A stretch of DNA of 64,000 bases from Syntrophomonadaceae bacterium (GTDB taxonomy: Bacteria > Bacillota > PH28-bin88), in the NCBI GenBank assembly GCA_018333865.1, contig JAGXSE010000061.1, positions 25,458 through 89,457 of the forward strand, read 5' to 3'. The notes beneath the pieces were generated by a model. That model did no database searches and was not told the origin of the DNA. It worked only from the letters and a program-made list of their open reading frames with translations. Both the position numbers and the translations under genes were made by a program. This document shows positions 35,255-42,938 of the stretch, piece by piece; position 1 is the stretch's first letter; each line of letters begins with the position of its first letter.

Positions 35255-35314
35255 ATGGCTAATCCGCGGCTCCTGTTGATCTTCCTGCTGATCCTGTTTC
35301 TGTTCGACTTCTAA
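35255..35314 (+). CDS. Unannotated 19-aa hydrophobic micro-protein MANPRLLLIFLLILFLFDF
   Basis: ATG lies 6 nt after GAGGAGGG. It is a paralogue of the 34990 micro-ORF and is followed by a strong hairpin. Confidence 0.6.
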   Translation: MANPRLLLIFLLILFLFDF

Positions 35315-35330
35315 TGATTACCCAAAAAGA

Positions 35331-35361
35331 CTGAGGGGATGCCGGCCTGGCACCCCCTCAG
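35331..35361. terminator. Hairpin between the micro-ORF (+) and the ferredoxin gene (-)
   Basis: CTGAGGGG-atgccggcctggca-CCCCTCAG, with T-rich sequence on the plus side. Confidence 0.6.
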
Positions 35362-35377
35362 ATCATATTTGGGATTC

Positions 35378-35626
35378 TTATTTGATGGCCTGGGTTGGGC
35401 AGACCCCCAGGCAGGCGCCGCACTCATTGCACTTTGCACCAATCCGGTAAAACCGGCTGGCCTTATCTGCCGGCCCTTGTTCCATGGGCCCAGTCTGATC
35501 CGCACCGATGTTCGGAGTCAGCTCTCCCACTATATGACAGCTATAACCGTCCAAAATAGCGTCCTCCCTGCAAACAACGGTGCAAGCGCCGCAAGCTATG
35601 CAGTCATCGGTTATTCTGTAGGGCAC
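35378..35626 (-). CDS. 2x[4Fe-4S] ferredoxin with a ~40-aa insert between the cluster motifs
   Basis: CIACGACTVVC and CNECGACLGVCP motifs. I place the start at GTG 35626 (MPYRITDDC), 6 nt after GGGAGGG. Confidence 0.8.
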   Translation of the reverse strand: MPYRITDDCIACGACTVVCREDAILDGYSCHIVGELTPNIGADQTGPMEQGPADKASRFYRIGAKCNECGACLGVCPTQAIK

Positions 35627-35777
35627 CCTCATCCCTCCCTTAAGAGGATGTTCGAAAAGTCCGCTCAAGCGTGTTCCATTTCGAACACTCACTTCAACCG
35701 GTCAGGGTTAGCTTCTGTCTCTTCATCTTGTTTTATGCCCGCAGAATGATCAAAATTCATGGATTTGTTTAAACGCC

Positions 35778-37448
35778 TCAAATACGGCCCGAACGGAAGA
35801 TAGCCCAGCATAACAGGGCAACCATCACTGAAGCCAGAATAAAGGAGACTTCCAAAAAGGGCAGGCCCCAAAGAAACACCCTGCCTCGCTCGGCACTGAG
35901 AGCAGTAGCAACCAAAAGCCCGGCCATTACTATGCTAAACGCCAGCAAGACTAAACTGAAAGAAAGCCTGTTCGCCATTTTCTCCATCTGCCGCATGACC
36001 TGGTCCAGGTTATGGTGGGAGAGGCCGAGAGAAAGGCGCCCTTCAACCAAAGCTGTTACAAGCCTGTCAATTTTGCGAGGGAATTCCAAGGCCATGCTGC
36101 TGTATTCACCCAGGTATTCCTCCGCCTGCCGGGCTAAAAATCCTGGCGCCAACCGGCGGCCCATCAGTTTCCCGGCCATGGGCTGTGCAATTTCTACCAT
36201 CGAAAGCTGGGGATGCAATTCCCGGATAATTCCCTCTACCGTGACCAGGGACTTGACAATCAATGCCAGCTCCGAGGGAATTCTCAACTGATGGATGAAG
36301 GCCAGGTCCAACAGTTCAACAAATACCTCCCCCAGCCGGATCTGCCCGAGAGGAAGGTCATAGTACCGTTCACTCAGGAGATCAACATCGCGCCGCAAGG
36401 CCCGGGTGTCCATGTCTGCACTAAGAATACCCATCCTGGCTAGGGCCCTGATCACCTGGGAACTGCTGCGGGAAGTAATGCCCAAAACCAGAGTCCCAAA
36501 ATGGATTTTCTGTTCTTCCGACAGCCGCCCGACCACACCAAAATCCAACAAAACCAGGGTTTGATCAGGCAAGACAGCCAGGTTGCCCGGATGGGGGTCA
36601 GCATGAAAAAAGCCATCCAGGAGAATTTGCTGCAAAAAAACTTCGATCAGCTTTTTTGCCACCCTGCAGCGATCAATCCGGTGATGATCAAGCTCATTCA
36701 AATTGTTAAGCTTTATTCCCGCCAGGTATTCCATGGTTAATACCCGGGCAGTGGTATATTGCCAGAAGGTTTCAGGAATACGAACCAGGTTTGCCCTGGC
36801 TAAGTTCTTTCGCAACCGGTCACTGTTGCGCCCTTCCTGAGTATAGTCAAGTTCTAATTTTATGGTTCTGGCAAACTCCTCCATCAATTCAACCAGGTGG
36901 TAAAACCTGGCTTTAGGTAACCTGTTTTCAGCCAATCTGGCCAGGTCAACCACTATTTCCAGGTCTACCTTGATGGACTGTTCAACACCAGGGCGGCGCA
37001 CTTTAATCACAGCCTGCCGGCCATCCGCCAGTTCCGCCCGGTGCACCTGGCCGATAGAGGCTGCCGCTAATGGCTCGGGTTCAACCCACCGGAAATCCTT
37101 TTCCCAGGAAGCCCCCAATTCATCCTGCATTATTTCCTTGGCTTCCAGAAACGGAAAAGGAGGCACCCGGTCCTGCAGTTTGGCCAGCTCCCTGATAACC
37201 TCCTGGGGCAAAAGGTCCCCCCTGGTGCTCAGCATCTGGCCTAGCTTGATAAAAGCAGGCCCCAACTCCTCCATGACTTGGCGAAGGCGGGCACCAAAAG
37301 ACAGCCTGTGCTTTTCCGGGTCTTTAGACTGCCAGGCCCAGGAAATCATTTCCCCTAACCCCATTTGGTCCAACAAATAACCGAAGCCCTGTCTGGCAAA
37401 AGCGTTCACAATCTGCCGGTACCGTTTTAGATGCAGATAACTGGCCAA
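35778..37448 (-). CDS. ABC1/UbiB-family atypical kinase with C-terminal TM helices
   Basis: AAASIGQVHRA, KVRRPG and FFHADPHPGNL motifs, plus two C-terminal TM segments. Confidence 0.88.
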   Translation of the reverse strand: MASYLHLKRYRQIVNAFARQGFGYLLDQMGLGEMISWAWQSKDPEKHRLSFGARLRQVMEELGPAFIKLGQMLSTRGDLLPQEVIRELAKLQDRVPPFPFLEAKEIMQDELGASWEKDFRWVEPEPLAAASIGQVHRAELADGRQAVIKVRRPGVEQSIKVDLEIVVDLARLAENRLPKARFYHLVELMEEFARTIKLELDYTQEGRNSDRLRKNLARANLVRIPETFWQYTTARVLTMEYLAGIKLNNLNELDHHRIDRCRVAKKLIEVFLQQILLDGFFHADPHPGNLAVLPDQTLVLLDFGVVGRLSEEQKIHFGTLVLGITSRSSSQVIRALARMGILSADMDTRALRRDVDLLSERYYDLPLGQIRLGEVFVELLDLAFIHQLRIPSELALIVKSLVTVEGIIRELHPQLSMVEIAQPMAGKLMGRRLAPGFLARQAEEYLGEYSSMALEFPRKIDRLVTALVEGRLSLGLSHHNLDQVMRQMEKMANRLSFSLVLLAFSIVMAGLLVATALSAERGRVFLWGLPFLEVSFILASVMVALLCWAIFRSGRI

Positions 37449-37538
37449 TCCCTCAGCCCCTGTTTAATCATTGTAATTAGGTTAAGCCAGAGGGTGGCCA
37501 TTCATGCATATGACCCGGCATATTCTTCATCCGTCCCG

Positions 37539-38252
37539 CTAGGGTCTGTTGCGGGCGGTCAGTTTCAGGCGGGAATCAACTATTTCCGCTTCCGCCAGGG
37601 CTAACCCGGCAGGCAGCTGAGGTACTGAAAAAGCCAGGTTGAACTGGCTCAAGATCCGGGAAGCCAAATGAGCTGCAAGCTCCTCCCCCTCTACTGACAG
37701 CTTGGCAGGCAGGAACACCAGCCGGTTATCCTTGACCGAGAAACTGCCGGTGACTGAGAAGTCGATGGTTTTCCCCAGTAGCCTGACCTTGCAGTCAACG
37801 TGGGCTAACCGATCCTTCAGACGTAAGCCGGCAATCTGTACCCCTCCGCCTATCTGGCCTGAAAGCCACCTGAGCAGATCCTGCTCGGTCAAGGATATCG
37901 AGGCAGCAGCCCGGCCAAGGATCACGATCTTAATCTGTCTTTGTGCCATCAGCACCGGCAGATCCGCATGCAAGTCCCGGGCAGACAATTCCAGCCTGCT
38001 CCAGTTAAAACCCGCGGTCCCGCCGCCGCTAGCTTTTATTTCAATGCCATCAATCCTGCCGGCAAGCATCTCTACGGCCGGGAAGGCATCTACTTTAACC
38101 GTCAGAGCTTCAGGGCGCCCCAGACCTTCATACAGGACCCTTTCCAAGGCCCGGCTGGCAGCAGCAGGCAGCAGCAACTGCAAAGCAATGCCGATTACCA
38201 GCAACAGCAAAGCCAGGCTGAAGAACCAGGAGACCAATTTCCTCCATCTCAC
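37539..38252 (-). CDS. DUF2993 / LmeA-like membrane-anchored protein
   Basis: N-terminal TM helix followed by a beta-rich repeat pattern (...AGRIDGIEIKASG... LRLKDRLAHVDCKV...) that is typical of DUF2993 as I recall it. GTG start 8 nt after GGGGGA. Confidence 0.6.
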   Translation of the reverse strand: MRWRKLVSWFFSLALLLLVIGIALQLLLPAAASRALERVLYEGLGRPEALTVKVDAFPAVEMLAGRIDGIEIKASGGGTAGFNWSRLELSARDLHADLPVLMAQRQIKIVILGRAAASISLTEQDLLRWLSGQIGGGVQIAGLRLKDRLAHVDCKVRLLGKTIDFSVTGSFSVKDNRLVFLPAKLSVEGEELAAHLASRILSQFNLAFSVPQLPAGLALAEAEIVDSRLKLTARNRP

Positions 38253-38277
38253 TTCTTCATTCCCCCAAAGCGGTCAA

Positions 38278-39397
38278 CTACCGGTGATCATGCCGGTTTT
38301 TTTGGGCTTGCTGGATTAAGTAAGCGGAAACAAAGGGATCTAAATGCCCATCCATTACAGCCTGAACATTGCCAACTTCCGCATTTGTCCGGTGGTCCTT
38401 GACCAGAGAATAGGGATGAAATACATAGGAGCGGATCTGGCTGCCCCAGGCAATATCCTGCTGCACACCCCTTATAGCAGACATTTCTTCCTCTTCCTGG
38501 CGCTGTTTTAGTTCCAGGAGTTTGGCCATCAGTATTTTCATGGCCGCATTCTTATTGGCATGCTGGGAGCGTTCGTTCTGGCACTGGACCACAATGCCCG
38601 TCGGCAAGTGGGTAATCCGCACTGCCGAATCTGTCTTGTTAACATGCTGGCCCCCCGCCCCCCCTGCCCGGAAGGTATCAATCTTGATGTCTTCAGGCTT
38701 AACCTCTACTTCGTCATCGGAAACAACTTCGGGCATCACATCCGCCGAAGCAAAGGAGGTGTGGCGCCGGTTGGCAGCATCAAAAGGGGAAATCCGCACC
38801 AGGCGGTGCACCCCTTTTTCCGCCCTTAAATAGCCATAGGCATTATGCCCCTTGACGAGGATAGTCGCAGACTTGATTCCTGCTTCATCCCCAGGCAGAG
38901 AATCTACCACCTCAACCTGATACCCGCGGCCCTCAGCCCACCGGGTATACATCCGCAAGAGCATTTCTACCCAGTCCTGGGACTCGGTCCCGCCGGCTCC
39001 GGCATGCAGGGTTAAAAAAGCGTTATAACTATCGTATTTCCCGCTTAAGAGCACCTCTAATTTCATCTGTTCCAGGGAAGCAAGCAGGCTGTTCACTCCC
39101 GCTTCAACTTCAGCTCCATGCTCTTCGTCCTCTTCCTCCAAGGCCATTTCCCACATCAGTTCCAGATCCTCCTGGCGCTGAACCAGGAGAAAATACTTTT
39201 CCACCCGCTGACGGATATCAGCCAGGTTCTGCAGAGTTACCTTGGCCTCCCCGGTATTCTCCCAGAAACCCGGCTGGGAGACTAATTCCTCTAGCTCCGA
39301 CATTTTTCTTTGCTGTCCGGCAATGTCAAAGAGAGACCCTCAGTTCTTCTAGCAATTCCCGGGCCATTTTTAAAACAGGTCTTAGATCCTTTAGCAT
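38278..39397 (-). CDS. prfB: Peptide chain release factor 2, requiring a programmed +1 frameshift
   Basis: Frame 0 reads ATG 39397 MLKDLRPVLKMARELLEELRVSL then TGA. Frame +1 continues as DIAGQQRKMSELEEL... into the 341-aa track ORF. SPF and GGQ motifs are present. Confidence 0.93.
39325..39331 (-). promoter_or_regulatory. prfB autoregulatory frameshift site CTT TGA C
   Basis: The minus strand reads GAGGGTCTCTCTTTGAC. This is the canonical CUU UGA C slippery/stop context with an SD-like GAGGG a few nt upstream. Confidence 0.9.
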
Positions 39398-39641
39398 GCT
39401 TTTCCCCCCAAAAATCTTACAACTATGAACTTTATTCAATTGTATCACCTGGTTTGATGCTAGTAAAGGCAAAGGCTTACCCGCCTTAATGCTACACCTG
39501 ATCATAGATTGTTACCCGCACTAATGATTACAGCAAAACTACTTTCCTTTATTAAAGGAATTTAATCACCTGATGTCAAAGTTATTATGAAAACCTTTTA
39601 GTTATTAACGTTTAATTTTTTACGCTAGGAGGAAATGTCTA

Positions 39642-41360
39642 TTGCTTAAGAGTCAATTCTTACGTACCGTTAACGCCCAGGGCGATTCTCTGCGCCTTGG
39701 AACAGGCTGGAGCGTTGATGATCTGGGCAAACCCCAGGTTCTTATCGACAGCGTGTATGGCGACAGCCATCCGGGCAGCTATCACTTAAACCAGCTGGTG
39801 GAAGCAGCCAAAATCGGCGTTTACGAAAAGGGAGGAAAACCGGCGATTTATACCGTCACCGACATGTGTGACGGAGTGGCCCAGGCCCATGACGGAATGA
39901 ATTATTCTCTTCTATCGAGGGAAATAATTGCCGCCATGGTAGAAGTCCACGCCTTATCATCCCCTTTTGACGCTATTATTCTTCTTTCCAGCTGTGACAA
40001 GTCTGTTCCCGCTCATCTGATCGCCTTGGGCAGGATTGACCTCCCCGGGATCCATGTCTGCGGCGGTTCCATGCTGCCCGGCCCCGGATTTTTATCTTCG
40101 GAAAAACTATACGAATGCGGCGATAAATACCTGGCGGGCAAGATGGATTTTGAGGAACTGCTTTACTTCCAAAACCAGGCCTGCCCGACTTGCGGTGCAT
40201 GTCAGTTTATGGGAACTGCCAGCACCATGCAGGTGATGTCGGAAGCGCTGGGACTGGCTTTGCCAGGCAACGCCTTAATGCCCGCAACAATCAACCGGAT
40301 TACCCAGATCGCCAACCTGGCCGGTAAACAAGTATTGGAACTCTTGAAAAAAGGAATTACTCCAACTAAGATTCTCACCCGGGAGTCCTTTGAAAATGCC
40401 ATCATGGTTCATGCTGCTGTTTCCGGTTCCTCCAACGTGCTCTTGCACATGCCGACAATAGCCCGGGAGGTTGGCATCGATTTAGACCCTGCCCTTTTTG
40501 ACCAGATCCATCGCAAGATTCCTGTATTAGTCAGCATGAAAACCAGCGGCAAGTGGCCCAGCCAATTATTATGGTATGCCGGCGGAGTTCCGGCCATCAT
40601 GCGGGAAATCAAAGAATTCCTCCACTTAGACGCCCTGACCGTCACCGGCAAAACATGGGGCGAAAACCTCGTTGATCTGGAGAAAAGCGGTTTCTTCCGG
40701 GAAACCACTTCCTTCCTGGAGAACTATCAACTGACAGCTGCCGATATCATCCACACCGTAGAAAAACCTTATAAGCCGGGTGGCGGCCTGGCAATTTTGA
40801 AAGGCAACATCGCCCCGGAAGGAGCTGTTGTCAAACACGCTGCCGTACCAGCGGCAATGCACCGGCACATTGGGCCGGCCAAACCCTATAATTCTGAAGA
40901 AGAAGCGGTAGAAGCAATTATCGGTGGGCGCATTACCCCGGGAGACGTGGTGTTTATCCGCTACGAAGGACCCAAAGGGGCAGGTATGCCGGAAATGCTG
41001 CGCACTACAGAAGCCATGTACAACAGCCCGGAGCTTTCCGCCACTACCGCCCTGGTTACAGACGGCCGTTTTTCCGGCGCCAGCCGCGGCCCATGTATCG
41101 GCCATCTGTCCCCGGAGGCAGCAGCCGGCGGCCCGATTGCCTTGGTTGAAGAAGGAGACCTGATCTCTATCGATATCCCCAACCGAACCATTGATATAGT
41201 CGGGGTAAAAGGAGAAGCCAAAACACCGGCGGAAATAGAGGCTATCCTGGCCGCCCGCCAGGCTCTTTACCAGCCGCCGGTTTTCAAAAAGAAAAAGGGT
41301 ATTCTGAGACTCTTCAGCAATCTGGCTGTCTCCCCAATGAAAGGCGCCTATATGGAGTAA
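39642..41360 (+). CDS. IlvD/Edd-family dehydratase (divergent dihydroxy-acid / sugar-acid dehydratase)
   Basis: SSCDKSVPAHL, GACQFMGTASTM and TDGRFSGASRGPCIGHLSPEAAAGGPIALVEEGDLISID motifs. TTG start 9 nt after AGGAGG. Confidence 0.85.
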   Translation: MLKSQFLRTVNAQGDSLRLGTGWSVDDLGKPQVLIDSVYGDSHPGSYHLNQLVEAAKIGVYEKGGKPAIYTVTDMCDGVAQAHDGMNYSLLSREIIAAMVEVHALSSPFDAIILLSSCDKSVPAHLIALGRIDLPGIHVCGGSMLPGPGFLSSEKLYECGDKYLAGKMDFEELLYFQNQACPTCGACQFMGTASTMQVMSEALGLALPGNALMPATINRITQIANLAGKQVLELLKKGITPTKILTRESFENAIMVHAAVSGSSNVLLHMPTIAREVGIDLDPALFDQIHRKIPVLVSMKTSGKWPSQLLWYAGGVPAIMREIKEFLHLDALTVTGKTWGENLVDLEKSGFFRETTSFLENYQLTAADIIHTVEKPYKPGGGLAILKGNIAPEGAVVKHAAVPAAMHRHIGPAKPYNSEEEAVEAIIGGRITPGDVVFIRYEGPKGAGMPEMLRTTEAMYNSPELSATTALVTDGRFSGASRGPCIGHLSPEAAAGGPIALVEEGDLISIDIPNRTIDIVGVKGEAKTPAEIEAILAARQALYQPPVFKKKKGILRLFSNLAVSPMKGAYME

Positions 41361-41487
41361 CATATCGGGACGTTTATTGCTGCTTAACAATTATGACTAA
41401 ATAATGCATACTATTGCATACGATTAAGAACATGATGGAGGCTGCTTCATCGTTAGGATTAGCTTATTCCTCGAACCCATAAGTAGC

Positions 41488-41527
41488 GGGACCGCCCAGC
41501 ACTAACGCGTTAGTGCTGGGCGGTCCC
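41488..41527. terminator. Perfect 40-bp palindrome between convergent genes
   Basis: GGGACCGCCCAGCACTAACG/CGTTAGTGCTGGGCGGTCCC. It ends 8 nt from the permease stop. Confidence 0.6.
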
Positions 41528-41534
41528 TTCTTCA

Positions 41535-42926
41535 TTAGCGGCGGAGGGCCACCACCGGGGGAACGGAGGAAGCGGAAAAAGCGGGATAGACACCGAACAG
41601 CAAGCCTGCACCTAAAGCCACGCCACAGGCAATTTTGATCGCCTGCAGGCTGATGGCAGTTGCAAACCCATACTGAGCAAACAACTGCGCGCCCCAAATC
41701 CCTGTCGCCACCCCGGCGATTGCGCCAATTGCGCTTAAAAAAAGAGCTTCCAGCAAAAATTGAATTAACAGGTCGGCCTGTTTGGCCCCCAGTGCCCGCC
41801 GAAGACCAATCTCCGAGGTTCTTTCAGTAACAGCCACCAGCATGATGTTCATAATCCCCAACCCGCCCACCAAAAGCGAGACAGCAGCAATGCCGCCAAG
41901 CAGGAGAGTCATGATCCGGTTTGCCTGGTCCACCTGGTCCACCAGTTGGTTCAGGCTGGTGATGGTGATCAGATCTTTCCCACCCAGAGCCGGCGCCTCC
42001 TCCCCTTCCGGCCGTCCGCCGGGCGGCATTGGCCGCGGAGTATCTATCGGCATTGGCTCGATTGCCGGCATTGCCGTTACCGTTGATGTAACTTTTGCCG
42101 TAACCGGAACAGGGCCTCCGTCTGTGCCAGGGCTTGGCTCACCGCCGGGAGGTCTGGGCTGCATGGCAGCCTGATCCAGGCCGAGCTGGCGGCGAAAGAT
42201 ACGCCCCAACTGGACAACCGCCAGATCGACCTCTTGAGCCGAGCCGGCCTTGCCCCAGATCTCCGGCACCGTATTTTTCTTGGCGATTCTTTGCGCGGTA
42301 GTGTAGGGAATCAGCACCTGGTCATCGATGCCTTCGGCTTGCCCAGCCCCTTTAGGGGCCAACACGCCGATGATGGTATAAGTAAGACCCCCGATGGTCA
42401 GGGTTTGCCCCACCGGGCTGCGGCCACCAAGCAAGGCTGCTCCTAAATTAAATCCCAAAACAGCTACAGGTGAACGCTGCTTTACATGCCACTGGTTAAA
42501 AAAGTGGCCGGCAATCAATGCATGATCCCGCACCTTTGGGAAATGCTCATTTACGCCCAGGATCGAGGCTGTGCCCCGGGCCCGGCGCCACCTGATCGGT
42601 GCTTCAGTCTGGACTACCGGAGTCGCCAGCTTTAAGGCCGGTACCCGGTCAGTGAGTTCTGTTGCCTTTTCCGGGTCAAACTCCACCGAGGGGTCATGGG
42701 CTTTAATCACAATCACGTTGGAGCCTAAACTGGCAAATTGCTGCACCACTTTTTGGCGCGCTCCCTCGCCGATGCCCATCAGACTAACCACTGAAGCAAC
42801 CCCAATCGCAACCCCAAGGATGGTCAAAGAGGAACGAAGGGGTTTAGCCAGGACGCCGTGCCAGGCCATCTGGACAGTGAAGAAAAACCTGATCCCTTGA
42901 GCATAAATCCATTTAAAAAAAACCAT
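41535..42926 (-). CDS. MacB/FtsX-type ABC efflux permease with a Pro/Gly/Thr-rich insert
   Basis: TM1, a MacB-type periplasmic domain and a C-terminal FtsX 3-TM bundle (ERTSEIGLRRALGA). The low-complexity insert spans aa 251-317. Confidence 0.88.
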   Translation of the reverse strand: MVFFKWIYAQGIRFFFTVQMAWHGVLAKPLRSSLTILGVAIGVASVVSLMGIGEGARQKVVQQFASLGSNVIVIKAHDPSVEFDPEKATELTDRVPALKLATPVVQTEAPIRWRRARGTASILGVNEHFPKVRDHALIAGHFFNQWHVKQRSPVAVLGFNLGAALLGGRSPVGQTLTIGGLTYTIIGVLAPKGAGQAEGIDDQVLIPYTTAQRIAKKNTVPEIWGKAGSAQEVDLAVVQLGRIFRRQLGLDQAAMQPRPPGGEPSPGTDGGPVPVTAKVTSTVTAMPAIEPMPIDTPRPMPPGGRPEGEEAPALGGKDLITITSLNQLVDQVDQANRIMTLLLGGIAAVSLLVGGLGIMNIMLVAVTERTSEIGLRRALGAKQADLLIQFLLEALFLSAIGAIAGVATGIWGAQLFAQYGFATAISLQAIKIACGVALGAGLLFGVYPAFSASSVPPVVALRR

Positions 42927-42938
42927 GCTCTAGCCCCC

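Noticed and set aside
39446-39572. Three CACCTG(A/G)T motifs upstream of the IlvD-like gene as a regulator site
   Set aside because: The 6-mer core is expected dozens of times by chance in 64 kb, and the spacing (49 and 72 bp) is irregular. I mention it only inside the dehydratase finding.
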